A stretch of 64,000 nucleotides of DNA, taken from assembly GCA_963662275.1 (NCBI GenBank), contig OY759316.1, forward strand, positions 1,472,001-1,536,000. Direction: 5' to 3'. Position numbers and translations under genes: made by a program. The stretch is from Candidatus Cloacimonadales bacterium. GTDB lineage: Bacteria; Cloacimonadota; Cloacimonadia; Cloacimonadales; DAONDQ01. The notes beneath the pieces were generated by a model. That model was not told where the DNA came from, did no database searches, and saw only the letters and a list, made by a program, of their open reading frames with translations. Shown here in pieces: positions 38,015 through 48,699 of this stretch. Positions within the stretch are counted from its first letter, which is position 1, and each line of letters opens with the position of its first letter.

Positions 38015-40423
38015 TTATTTCATGAGAACGGCTTTCAGGAATGACTGCTGATTTCCAGCGGTCATATGAATGAGATAGATTCCGGAACCGCATTCCTGAC
38101 CATTACTATCAAAACAATCCCAAGATAATGTATGGTAACCTGTTCTTTTGAAGCCATTATTCAAAACACGTACTAATTGACCTTTTAAATTATAGATAGT
38201 GATCGTTGTTGTCACATCTTTTGTCAGGTTATAGCTTATGTTTGTGTAACCTGTAAATGGATTTGGATATACTAATTTGAGACCGGTTGTGTTAGCAATA
38301 GTAGGAGGTGGAGTTATTGATCCACCATCACCCACAACAGAAATGGATACTGGTCCGTTAAATCCTAAAGTACCATCGTTATCGACATTCTGTAACCAAT
38401 AGTAGTATATATTATCGGTAATAACATCCACGTCCTGGAAATTATATGTGTGGGTTTCTGCTGTATTTGTTGCCTGGATAAGACTGGAATTCACCTGAAT
38501 TGCGTTACTGAGGTTTACATCTGTCGAACGAAATACATTGTATCCACTTAAGGCAGTCTCTGATTGCGAAACCCATTGAAGACTAACAAATAATTCCTGT
38601 GTTAGATGAGCGTCAAAGGATGTCAATTCCACCGGCAATTCTTCTTCTATAATTGGTGAAAGTGTCCAGTATAATCCATTGTCACCAGGTGATGTGATCA
38701 CGGAGAGACCTGCAAGGACGACTGAACGTGTTGTTCCCAAGTCGTTCGTCGCTAAATCCATATAATATGTCCAAGGTGTAGGATCTGAGTTTAAATAGCC
38801 ACGATTCCAGCAACTAAGTAAGTCATCACTGTTTTCAGATTCATTATAGAATAATGTAATATCTACTGTACCGTCAACGCCACCCTGGGTTAACCAGGTT
38901 TCCGGTAAACTTATTCCATGACCGGCACCTAAATTGTTTGTTGTACCAGACCAGGTGGGCTGGAAACCGTATATGTAACTTGTCCCTGTAATCGCCATAT
39001 GATGCCTGGTCAGGGTAATCGTGTGATCGTTAAAGATCATTGTACCAGTAATGTATAAGTCTCTGGAGAGAGTTCTGTCTGCATGAATAGTAACACCTGC
39101 GGCATTGATGATAGTAAGATAAGCAGGTCCGTTCGAAGCTGGGAATTCCATACTATTCGTTAATTGCGCCGTTACACCTTTATATTCCAGAAATCCTAAG
39201 CTTCCAAAAGAAAGAATCTTTCCCGTACTGGAAGTCAGGTTTCCTTTGATGATCGAAAGAGTACCATTGATCGTACGATTTGCATGGAGATCTACGTTGG
39301 CACTGTTTTCAACGATCAGGCTATTGGGACCTGAAGATGAAGGGAATTCCATATCAGTGGAAGTCTGTAAAGAAGTTCCTGCATAATGAAGAATACCATC
39401 TTCTCCGAAAATGACGATTTTGCTTACCGTTGATGTGATGTTGCCGGCTTGAATCTTCAGTGTGCCATAAACAGTGGGTGTATCTTGAAGATTGATACCG
39501 CTAGAGTTATAAAGAGTAATATTCGATAATTCATGGGTAGTTGAATTAGTCACATGGTTAATTTCAGCACCTGTGATGATCCTGCCAACAGCCCCTTGAA
39601 GCTCGTATTGAAGCGTTGATCCGGTAGCATAAGAGAAATTATAAGCAGCATTACCTGTGGATAACAAGGCAGTTGTACTTAAGCGTTTTAAAGTCAATTT
39701 TCCACCGCTCTTGACGTTGACAGTGCCATTCAGACGTACACCCTGGATGGTCAGGTTACCATACAAATCGATTGTTGAACAATACGTTGTTGCCGTTGCA
39801 TTACGTAAACCGCATGTTCCCGTACAGATTAAGCTGGCTGCATTTGCTACATAGATCGTGCCAGTATTATCTGATCCCGTACCATCAATATAGAGGTTCT
39901 TTGGATCAGCAGGTCCACCAACTTGGAACGTACCGGATGTTACAATTAAATATCCAATTTCAATATCTGTATAAGTAGTACCAACTTGGCTTGTTGTTAA
40001 AGCAACTTCGCAAGTCCAATCACCATGCGATGCGCACCAGTTCAGTCCAAAAAGATAACGGGAGGCACCAACAAATTTCAGTCTTCCAGCACCACTTGTT
40101 GTGATGACGGGAGTGGTAAAACTGGTTGATGGTCCATTGACGACACCAGTGACTCTCAGGGTATAAATCGATATTGCGAGTCTGGTAGTAGGAGCGCTGA
40201 TACCGACCATAGTTAAATCATTACAGGATTCATTTTCCGTTAAGGTAACGGTGTGCCCATCAGAGATAATGGCATCATCACCAGCGATAGGGTAACCACC
40301 GCCGCCCCAGGTAGCTGCATTATTCCAATCGCCTGATCTTGTGCTTGTGTAAGTGGTGGAAAATAAGCTTAAACTGAATATTAGGAGTGTGAAAACAATA
40401 AAATAAAGCCTTAGATTTGCCAT
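38015..40423 (-). CDS. Secreted beta-repeat surface protein with FlgD-Ig/T9SS-like C-terminus
   Basis: SGDWNNAATW, internal EFP.S.GP repeat, LPVELTSF, YPNPF...IYNLKGQLVR. Confidence 0.8.
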   Translation of the reverse strand: MANLRLYFIVFTLLIFSLSLFSTTYTSTRSGDWNNAATWGGGGYPIAGDDAIISDGHTVTLTENESCNDLTMVGISAPTTRLAISIYTLRVTGVVNGPSTSFTTPVITTSGAGRLKFVGASRYLFGLNWCASHGDWTCEVALTTSQVGTTYTDIEIGYLIVTSGTFQVGGPADPKNLYIDGTGSDNTGTIYVANAASLICTGTCGLRNATATTYCSTIDLYGNLTIQGVRLNGTVNVKSGGKLTLKRLSTTALLSTGNAAYNFSYATGSTLQYELQGAVGRIITGAEINHVTNSTTHELSNITLYNSSGINLQDTPTVYGTLKIQAGNITSTVSKIVIFGEDGILHYAGTSLQTSTDMEFPSSSGPNSLIVENSANVDLHANRTINGTLSIIKGNLTSSTGKILSFGSLGFLEYKGVTAQLTNSMEFPASNGPAYLTIINAAGVTIHADRTLSRDLYITGTMIFNDHTITLTRHHMAITGTSYIYGFQPTWSGTTNNLGAGHGISLPETWLTQGGVDGTVDITLFYNESENSDDLLSCWNRGYLNSDPTPWTYYMDLATNDLGTTRSVVLAGLSVITSPGDNGLYWTLSPIIEEELPVELTSFDAHLTQELFVSLQWVSQSETALSGYNVFRSTDVNLSNAIQVNSSLIQATNTAETHTYNFQDVDVITDNIYYYWLQNVDNDGTLGFNGPVSISVVGDGGSITPPPTIANTTGLKLVYPNPFTGYTNISYNLTKDVTTTITIYNLKGQLVRVLNNGFKRTGYHTLSWDCFDSNGQECGSGIYLIHMTAGNQQSFLKAVLMK

Positions 40424-40683
40424 TAAATCCTCCCATTTTTTAACTTAGTAAAAATATATACTATGTATATACGTCAACCTAACTCAAGTTATTGATATTA
40501 TGGAGTGGAAATTATGTCAAGAAATAATTTGGATTTTGGAATTATTTGGGAGTATATATTTAGACTATAAAACTGAAATAAAATGATATCTCTCTAAGTA
40601 AATTAATGCTCGGATTACGAATGGAAGATAAGCAGAGATTTTACGTCTCTATCTGAGTGTTGAAAGCATAGGAAATACGTATT

Positions 40684-40716
40684 AAAAAGGCTGCCGAATG
40701 AATTCCAGCAGCCTTA
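40684..40716 (-). terminator. Intrinsic terminator
   Basis: AAAAAGGCTGC...GCAGCCTT. Confidence 0.65.
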
Positions 40717-40741
40717 TGTGACATTGAGTAAGAACTAATGA

Positions 40742-43693
40742 TTACTTCATCAGGATGATCTTCCTTGAGGATAGTGAATTCCCATCTTTCACCTGGACAA
40801 GATAAATACCACTCGGACAGGTTACATTCTTTGCATCAGTTCCATCCCAGGATAGATTATATTCACCCGCATTCTTCATACCTGTAGCCAATGTACGAAT
40901 GTGCTGTCCTTTCAGATTATAAATTTCAATCTTCACATCGGATGTTTTTGTGATCGAGAAGGGAATACTCACTGATTGATTGAAAGGATTTGGATACATA
41001 TTTTGTAAAACAAGATTCCCATTACTCGTGGGGGTTTGAGGAGTGTCAGGTGTACCTTTCCCTTTTAAGGTCAGGTTGAATGTTGGATAGAAACCGACTC
41101 GGGCTTCTTTTCCGCCACTGACATCAGTAATACCAAATACAAGGGTATGATCATCAGCCATCATATCAGTATTTCTGACTTTGATCGTAATTTCCTTTGG
41201 AGTTGAACATCCAGCCGGGAAAACAACTGTTTGTGGGACAAAGTTCTCAACTTCATTTGAATCCCCATCCCTGAAGATGATCTGGGCAATTGTGGGTTCA
41301 GTTGGGCTTGGATTTTCTATCGAAACATTCATTGTTACAGTACCGGTTTCCTTATCGAAGGCAGCACTTGCAGGACTGAATCCTAACACTGTATTAGTCG
41401 CTTTCGTTCCGTATACACTGGATACATATTCCGGGTGATCAATATACGGATTGCGATTTGTCAGGAAGGTCTTGATAGATGCATTACGATTAAATTCCCA
41501 GGTACTAACCGGATCAGCAGTATTCCAAGCGAGCATCGTGGGCAGCATATCCACACCGTCTATACTTAGGCTCATCTCGTAACGAGTGTTGAAATACAAC
41601 AATGCCCTAGCGCAATCACCTTTGTGTTGGGCTGATGGTTCAAACACAGTCTGTCCTGCTGCATTTGTTCCCCGTTTGCTGACATAGCCATTATATGAAG
41701 AATAGGTTGTTGTTTGAGTTGTTACTACACCATAGGGTATATTTCCCCTGGAAGAATTAACACCGGAGTTAGTAGGGAAAAGATGATGCAGATCCGCTGT
41801 CTTTTGATTCACTTCACTTGTGCCCATCCAGCTTTGGCAGAATGTATGCTCTGTATTTGGATCCGTACTGCCGGTATAGGTTGTTCCAACAGTATAATTC
41901 TGACCGATATACACACATTGAATAACATTTCCGGCTGTCAAATCGAGGGTTTGATACAGATACACTTTTGCTCCTGAATAACTTGAATATGTATTTGTAG
42001 AAATCAGATTATGTAAGCCTGTCTTTAATGCTGCACCGGTAAGACCTGCAACAGGAGTGTAATAACCATTGAATGGATCAGTGGCAGTGGTAGTCGCAGA
42101 AATAGTATTCGAGGAAGCACTCGTGCCGTAAGTGTTATAGGCTCGTACTCTGTAATAGTATATAGTAGAAGCACTTAATCCTGTCACTGATTTGGTTGTT
42201 GTTGTGACTACAAGATTATTGAAACCGGTGACGAAAGTACCGAATGAGTTACTTGTGGAGACATCCAGGTAATAACCTGTTGCACCTGTGGAAGCATTCC
42301 AGTTTGCCGTGAAACTGTTCAATGTAATCGAAGAGGCTGTTATCGCTACAGGTGCGGATGGTGCTGAACCGGCAGTACTGGTAGTAAAAGATAGATCAGT
42401 TCCATATGCAGTGCCAGCGCTGTTGGTTGCATAAGCTCTGACATGATAGAGCGTTGATGCAGTTAATCCTGTAATAGCGCTTGTGAATGTACCAGTACCA
42501 GTACCATTGGTTGTATGGTTTCCTGTTGCTACTGGATTTGCTGTCGTAGCCCAGCATACACCTTTTGCCGTGACAGAAGCTCCGCCATCAGCGGTAACAT
42601 TTCCTCCACTTGTGGCAGTTGTTGATGTGATTGCAGAGGGAGTAGTCGTTGAAACTGTCGGTATGACTGCTGCAGGGGTACTTGTAGTAAAAGACAGATC
42701 AGTTCCATAAGCAGTACCAGCGCTATTGGTCGCATAAGCTCTGACATGATAGAGCGTTGATGCAGTTAATCCTGTAATAGCACTTGTGAATGTACCAGTA
42801 CCAGTGCCGTTTGAAGTATGGCTTCCTGTTGCTACGGGATTTGCTGTTGTAGCCCAGCATACACCTTTTGCTGTGACAGAAGCTCCGCCATCAGCGGTAA
42901 CATTTCCTCCACTTGTTGCTATGGTTGTTGTTATTGCTGATGGAGTAGTAGTCGATACTGTCGGCACAGTAGCTGCAGCTCCTGCGGCAGTGATGGATAC
43001 ATTATCAATACCCAATCCTTGGGCATTTGTGGTTGTAGTACCGGATGTGACTGAATAATTCCAGGCAAGATATAGACTGCTTCCAGTTGCTAGTGTTGTC
43101 GTGAGTGTTTTACTCGTAACATTTGAAGTACTCCCGGGAGCAGTGGTGAAACCATTATTATCGGCATTGGCAGCAAAAGAAGTCAGGAAGTTTGCTCCCG
43201 CTGATGTCCATGTTGTTCCATTCGTTGAATAATACATTTGAATTGAATAACCAGCAGCATTTGAGCCATTCCGATATTTCTCAACACCATAAGAAATTGT
43301 GAAACTTGAAATAGAAGATGTTCCATTATTAGTTAATATCGTATATAGATTACCGCTAACTGTACCAGTTCCAGATGAAATCCAGCCTACAGCGCGATCT
43401 GTGGCAGTACTGGCAACACCGGCTCCATAATTGTAAATTCCGTTTCCAGCAGTGGAAGACATAGAATTTCCTGCTGATAGAGCTGTCGCTGTTAAAGCTG
43501 CAGAATATGTCCCCAATGTCCGAGCTGTAGTATTCTTATCTACCTTCCATCCGGTAGGTAAGGTTGCGGTAGCGCTTGTTCCAATGGTGAACCCTTCGGT
43601 TATGTTACCACCGGCACTTATGTTTATGGCTGAAAGGGTGGATATCGTAACCATAAAAATAAGAAGAATATAAACTAGATTCTTTTTCAACAC
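40742..43693 (-). CDS. Extracellular endonuclease I (EndA-like) with FN3 repeats and FlgD-like C-terminus
   Basis: NTEHTFCQSW, DLHHLFP..VNSSRGN, KGDCARALLYF, RNPYIDHPE; 303-bp internal duplication; likely GTG start at 43693. Confidence 0.85.
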   Translation of the reverse strand: MLKKNLVYILLIFMVTISTLSAINISAGGNITEGFTIGTSATATLPTGWKVDKNTTARTLGTYSAALTATALSAGNSMSSTAGNGIYNYGAGVASTATDRAVGWISSGTGTVSGNLYTILTNNGTSSISSFTISYGVEKYRNGSNAAGYSIQMYYSTNGTTWTSAGANFLTSFAANADNNGFTTAPGSTSNVTSKTLTTTLATGSSLYLAWNYSVTSGTTTTNAQGLGIDNVSITAAGAAATVPTVSTTTPSAITTTIATSGGNVTADGGASVTAKGVCWATTANPVATGSHTSNGTGTGTFTSAITGLTASTLYHVRAYATNSAGTAYGTDLSFTTSTPAAVIPTVSTTTPSAITSTTATSGGNVTADGGASVTAKGVCWATTANPVATGNHTTNGTGTGTFTSAITGLTASTLYHVRAYATNSAGTAYGTDLSFTTSTAGSAPSAPVAITASSITLNSFTANWNASTGATGYYLDVSTSNSFGTFVTGFNNLVVTTTTKSVTGLSASTIYYYRVRAYNTYGTSASSNTISATTTATDPFNGYYTPVAGLTGAALKTGLHNLISTNTYSSYSGAKVYLYQTLDLTAGNVIQCVYIGQNYTVGTTYTGSTDPNTEHTFCQSWMGTSEVNQKTADLHHLFPTNSGVNSSRGNIPYGVVTTQTTTYSSYNGYVSKRGTNAAGQTVFEPSAQHKGDCARALLYFNTRYEMSLSIDGVDMLPTMLAWNTADPVSTWEFNRNASIKTFLTNRNPYIDHPEYVSSVYGTKATNTVLGFSPASAAFDKETGTVTMNVSIENPSPTEPTIAQIIFRDGDSNEVENFVPQTVVFPAGCSTPKEITIKVRNTDMMADDHTLVFGITDVSGGKEARVGFYPTFNLTLKGKGTPDTPQTPTSNGNLVLQNMYPNPFNQSVSIPFSITKTSDVKIEIYNLKGQHIRTLATGMKNAGEYNLSWDGTDAKNVTCPSGIYLVQVKDGNSLSSRKIILMK

Positions 43694-43987
43694 ATTACAC
43701 CTCTCTTTTGATTTTTTTAGAATGTTCTGGTTTGACAAGTAACCACTTGAATCACATATGTTAATTGTGACATTTTGTGAAACCTTGCAAAAATAATGCA
43801 AGGATTTTATTTAGAAAAGATCATTTATTTTGTGTCTTGTGAATTTGATTAACCAAGAATCTGAAAGAAATCACGAATAAACCAGGAAAATTATGTAATT
43901 TCAAGATTGTTATATTTCGATTAACTTATTTATACATTTGTACATATCGTATCAATTCTCTCATCTGAATTGCACATGAAAACCAAA

Positions 43988-44016
43988 GCAGAGACGCCCA
44001 ACTTAAGCGTCTCTAC
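43988..44016. repeat. REP palindrome, degenerate copy of 31469
   Basis: GCAGAGACGCCCAACTTAAGCGTCTCTAC. Confidence 0.75.
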
Positions 44017-44146
44017 ACTGTGAACAATCCTTCATGACCACTAATTACTAGATAATATTCTATCAAAAAGGCAATTTACGAGATATCTCTTGACATATAG
44101 AAACATATTGTTTTAATCAAGACATATTTAGAGAAAGGAGTTTCTT

Positions 44147-45403
44147 ATGAAAAGATTTGGTAGTGTAATTTTAATCTGCTTATTACCACTTATATTAATC
44201 GGTATGAGTACAGATTGGATGAATCAGATTCGTACTCCAAACAATCCTTCAAATGTTGCTAATATCTTAAGTAAAATTGCGGATTTGAATGGCAGAGACA
44301 ATGCTCGTACCTGGATGCAATCGGAAGTCATTAATCAAAGTTGGACGACCGAATGGACAGGTACATTCCGGTCTGTATATACTTATAATAGTCAGGGTAA
44401 TATGGCAACAGTAACTTACTTTTTACCTGAAACCAATACTTCTGGATGGTCAACTTTCCAAAGAATTACTTATACTTATAATGAACAGAATTGGATGACG
44501 ATGGTATACTATGAATCGTTCTCTACTGGCAACTGGTTACCTCAATACCGCTTATTAGTGACATATACCGGTGAATTTTCTGCGGAGTCTGTTTCGCAAA
44601 ACTGGTCAACTGATACTAATTCCTGGACTGATACTTATAAGACTTTTATGACATACAATGCCTCTCATCAATTGGCCGAAAGCCTAATGCAATCCTACCA
44701 GGGAGAAAACCTGGTAAATGTGTCCAAGACAATTTATACCTATGAGAATGGGCATTATACAGAATTGTTAAGCCAGAGCTGGGTGAATTCTGTATGGGTT
44801 AACGGTGGAAGACAGCTTTTTACATATAATGGAAATGATGAAGTTTTGTATTATTATCAAGCTTGGACAAACGATGCTTGGCAAAACACAACAAAGAGAA
44901 CCACTAGTTATATTAGTCCCAGTCATCCAGAAGTTATTATCATTTATAATTGGGGTGCAGATATTACAGATTGGCAATTGTCTCAGCAATCACTCTATAT
45001 GTATGATGCAGATAATAACTATTCGATCATTTTGTCACAAAACTATACTGGTGGAACTTGGATCGATGCATCCAGGCAACTGTTTTCCTGGTCGAATATT
45101 ACAGGGAACGATGAGCAGATTTCTTCTGCTCCTGTAATGAGCTCTAGTAACTACCCCAATCCTTTTCACCAGGCTACATCGATTTGTTTTCAATTAAAAA
45201 AACAAGCGAGTGGGAATATTGAAATTTATAATATCAAAGGACAGAAAGTCAAAATAATTCCTTTCCAGTTTCAGTCAGGCAGTCATGAATTGAAATGGGA
45301 TGGTAGAGATGAGATGAATCGGGAAACTAGTTCCGGTATTTATTTGTATCATGTTAATGTCAATCATGTTCCTGTGATACGAAAAATGGTCAAGTTATTC
45401 TGA
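44147..45403 (+). CDS. Secreted Tyr/Trp-rich repeat protein with FlgD-like C-terminus
   Basis: Repeated YTY...Q.W....W units; NYPNPF...IYNIKGQKVK...WDGRD. Confidence 0.8.
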   Translation: MKRFGSVILICLLPLILIGMSTDWMNQIRTPNNPSNVANILSKIADLNGRDNARTWMQSEVINQSWTTEWTGTFRSVYTYNSQGNMATVTYFLPETNTSGWSTFQRITYTYNEQNWMTMVYYESFSTGNWLPQYRLLVTYTGEFSAESVSQNWSTDTNSWTDTYKTFMTYNASHQLAESLMQSYQGENLVNVSKTIYTYENGHYTELLSQSWVNSVWVNGGRQLFTYNGNDEVLYYYQAWTNDAWQNTTKRTTSYISPSHPEVIIIYNWGADITDWQLSQQSLYMYDADNNYSIILSQNYTGGTWIDASRQLFSWSNITGNDEQISSAPVMSSSNYPNPFHQATSICFQLKKQASGNIEIYNIKGQKVKIIPFQFQSGSHELKWDGRDEMNRETSSGIYLYHVNVNHVPVIRKMVKLF

Positions 45404-45420
45404 TTTGTAATTCTAGCTAT

Positions 45421-45449
45421 AAAAGTGGGGGCATCATCCCCACTTTTTT
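45421..45449 (+). terminator. Intrinsic terminator
   Basis: AAAAGTGGGG...CCCCACTTTTTT. Confidence 0.8.
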
Positions 45450-46009
45450 ATTCGTAAATGTTTTAATCTCTATTTAATGACTCATAACTGACTTATCTGT
45501 TTATACTAATTTATCTTTGAAGATTCTATATCAAAATAGAATAAAATCCGTTTTATGGACCTCGTTAAGGGTTTATGGTGTTTAATGTTGAATAGCATTT
45601 GTGCAATGATAATTGCAACTATATTTGTATTTCTAGTTTCATTAAATTAGATTTAGTTAAATAAATCTTGACGGTCTATTTGTTTTTTTATAAATAAATA
45701 AAGAGTTTATAATGCTTTTTAAAGTGTATTTAAAGCTCTAGTTAATCTCAATCAAAAAAATAGTTCGTTTACTTCGAAAGTATAATGCATTAGATGCAGA
45801 TGAGATGGTAGCGCAATTTAACTTTACTAATCTGCAGTGAGTGATCAATTGTACAACATGCATATTCTTCAACTGGATGGAACAGATTGGCGAGTACTAC
45901 TAAAGGAAGCGACCAGTAGGAATTTACGATATATAAATCGTTTGTAAAATTTTCAGAGTAAAGTATCTGCAAATAGTGAGCTAGTAAAAAAGTGCGAATG
46001 GAGAGAAGA

Positions 46010-48433
46010 GTGAGTTCCAATATCAGAGGCAAACAATTATTCATAAGCTATTCAAGTTCAGACATAGATTTTGCCAATAATCTATGTCTGATTCTTGAAG
46101 AGAATGGAGTGAACTGCTGGATTGCTCCGCGTGATATTAGACCCGGTTGTTATTGGGATGAAGAAATTAGCTATGCTGCTGATGAATGTAGTGGGTTGGC
46201 ATTATTGTTAAGTGAGAATTCGAATAGATCAGATATTGTGGCGAAAGAAGTAGCATTATTTGCGAGCAGAGGGAAAGCTATATTTCCATTAAGAATTGAA
46301 CCAGTGATACTCTCTAAGAGACTTGAGTTACATTGCAGTTCTCTTCATTGGATTGATTTAAAGGAAGAAGAATTACCCCAATGTGCGATAATGTTAGTAG
46401 ATTCCATAAAACAAAAATTGTGCATTTCAGACAGTGTATCCAATCAGACTGTATCAAGTGGTCAGTATGTTCAATCATCATTACCATTCTCATCCAACCC
46501 GATAGGAAATATGATATCTAGTGAAATCTCGTATAGTAATGCAATTGCCAGATTAGGTATATGTCCTTTGACTTATCATCGAGAAGTACTGATACAAAAA
46601 GGACTAATTGCCTTGAGGAATGGGAAATTCCAAGGTATTTTATTACAGGGCTTACCTGGTTGTGGTAAAACAACCTTGATGGTAGAAATAGCACAGGAAG
46701 TGAAAAGCGATTTTGATATATTTATTAGCTTTCGCTTTAGCGGGCAGCGAGAGATAGATCCCTCTTTCTTCATTTATGAACTAAACAAATGCTTAAAATG
46801 CATAGGTCGTGAAATAGATACCGCAGGGATTCAAAAGGCAGATTTCAGGATTATTTTGCAGAACTTGGTATCCCGATTATCAGATCAAAAGGTATTGCTT
46901 TTGCTTGACTCAGTCGATATGGCACCACTTGGAGTCATCGACACATTACTTAGTGCGTTACCAGTTGCACCACATGTAAGAACAATAATGACAGCTCAAC
47001 TCAGAGTCACTGGAAAATTAGGAGCAACTGCCATAGATGTTCCTCAGTTATTAATTGAAGAGACTGAGGAATTAATCCATCTATTTTCTGATTTGACGGG
47101 TATAGAAATAGATGTGAGTGATTTTATTACAAAATTACCTAAATATGTTGTCTGTAATCCATCTGCTCTGATGGTTGTATTAAGGAATCTTATTGACATC
47201 CCCTTGGAATTTCTCTTACCTGATAATCTGCCTGAGGAATCGAGAGTCGCTTTTGAGATGAATAAGCATATAATAGAATCATTGACCAGCGAAGAAAAAG
47301 ATCTCTTATGTTTAATCGCATTTTTTGATGATGTGAAATTGATTTCGGTTCGAGAAGCGCTTTTAATTACATTTCCTATCAATTTTGGTCAATTAATCGG
47401 TAAGTTAGTAGATCGCTCACTTATCACACGTACTGGAGACAGTTTCTATGTAGCTTCAATTGTGTGGGATGGTCTTGTCGAGGTTTGTGGTGATCGTATT
47501 CAATCTATTGCCCAGAAATTAGCCACAGCGGTTGAATCTTCAACACAAAAAATTCAAAGATTGAACTCTGATGAGGCAGATAACTTAGCACTTCCTATAT
47601 GTGCAGTGATTCATAAACTTCATGAACTGAAAATGTGGGATTTACTGATAACTCTAACCTGTGAAAAATTCTTGGAAACCTTGAACATTAGAGGTTTTTG
47701 GAAAGAATACTGGTATATTTTGCGACTGTTATTCGATTCTTATCGAAGTTCTGGTAATTTATTAGCTGGAGCTGGGATTGGGTTTAGGATTCTCAGAAAA
47801 GCTTTCCAGATGAAGGATGAGGCACTTGGGAAAAAGATTCTTCAAGAACTTTCACAAGTAATACTGATTGAGGATTCGCTGAATTATGCTGAACTGTTGA
47901 GCCATACTGCTTTATATACTGAACGAAGTGTAAATCCGGAACAAGCTTTAAAAGAACTTGAGGAAAGCTGCAGAATTAGAGAAAAATTAGGAGATTCGAT
48001 AGGATTGGCAATCGTAAAAAAATTAATCGGGAATATCTACCTTAGAAAAGGTGAATTTACTAAAGCGAGCGAATATTACAAAGAATCGTTAGGACTCTTG
48101 GAAAAGTTACAGGATGAGTTCAAGCAATCTCTGGAAACCGAAACCAGCTTAGCATTGTGTGATTTGATGTCTGGTCATGTTGAAGTGGCAGAAAATAGGC
48201 TTCGTGAAGTCATCGAGATGTGTCACAGAACTGGTTATATGGCTGGTTTACCTCGGGCATATTATCATTTAGTATTGGTGATGAATCAACTTGGCCGATT
48301 TCTAGAGGGTGTTCATTACGCAGAGCTAGCGATTATCGAAGCGAAGAAAACTTTTTCGGATATTGCCATAGCTGCGAATCTGTTGCTATCTTTTTGTCAG
48401 CAAAAAATAGTACATGAAGGAGAAGAAAAATGA
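46010..48433 (+). CDS. TIR domain - STAND/NB-ARC-like NTPase - TPR protein
   Basis: FISYSSSD, WIAPRDI.PG, SDIVAKEV (TIR Glu), Walker A GLPGCGKTT, Walker B LLLLDSVD, C-terminal TPRs; GTG 46010 after GGAG (ORF track start 45992). Confidence 0.85.
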   Translation: MSSNIRGKQLFISYSSSDIDFANNLCLILEENGVNCWIAPRDIRPGCYWDEEISYAADECSGLALLLSENSNRSDIVAKEVALFASRGKAIFPLRIEPVILSKRLELHCSSLHWIDLKEEELPQCAIMLVDSIKQKLCISDSVSNQTVSSGQYVQSSLPFSSNPIGNMISSEISYSNAIARLGICPLTYHREVLIQKGLIALRNGKFQGILLQGLPGCGKTTLMVEIAQEVKSDFDIFISFRFSGQREIDPSFFIYELNKCLKCIGREIDTAGIQKADFRIILQNLVSRLSDQKVLLLLDSVDMAPLGVIDTLLSALPVAPHVRTIMTAQLRVTGKLGATAIDVPQLLIEETEELIHLFSDLTGIEIDVSDFITKLPKYVVCNPSALMVVLRNLIDIPLEFLLPDNLPEESRVAFEMNKHIIESLTSEEKDLLCLIAFFDDVKLISVREALLITFPINFGQLIGKLVDRSLITRTGDSFYVASIVWDGLVEVCGDRIQSIAQKLATAVESSTQKIQRLNSDEADNLALPICAVIHKLHELKMWDLLITLTCEKFLETLNIRGFWKEYWYILRLLFDSYRSSGNLLAGAGIGFRILRKAFQMKDEALGKKILQELSQVILIEDSLNYAELLSHTALYTERSVNPEQALKELEESCRIREKLGDSIGLAIVKKLIGNIYLRKGEFTKASEYYKESLGLLEKLQDEFKQSLETETSLALCDLMSGHVEVAENRLREVIEMCHRTGYMAGLPRAYYHLVLVMNQLGRFLEGVHYAELAIIEAKKTFSDIAIAANLLLSFCQQKIVHEGEEK

Positions 48434-48690
48434 GTGAAACTTTAGATGATATCGCATTACGAAGGCTCATTACTGATGAGATGCAAAAAAGGGTATTAGA
48501 AGTGATAAGTTGTAACGGGTGGTTAAATTTGGATAGTAGATCAAACTATGAATCTATTCCAGAGTTTATTGCTTCAAACGGTCATGATATCAAAAAAGTA
48601 CAAATGATTTTTGAAGACATTTGGGTTCATTTTAACACTGAAGTTGTTTTACCACTATCAACCGAGATTGCTCCATATTTTTCTGGATAA
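48430..48690 (+). CDS. 86-aa hypothetical protein or peptide precursor candidate
   Basis: ATGA overlap with the upstream stop; 9-nt gap to the next gene. Confidence 0.7.
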   Translation: MSETLDDIALRRLITDEMQKRVLEVISCNGWLNLDSRSNYESIPEFIASNGHDIKKVQMIFEDIWVHFNTEVVLPLSTEIAPYFSG

Positions 48691-48699
48691 TAAATCACA

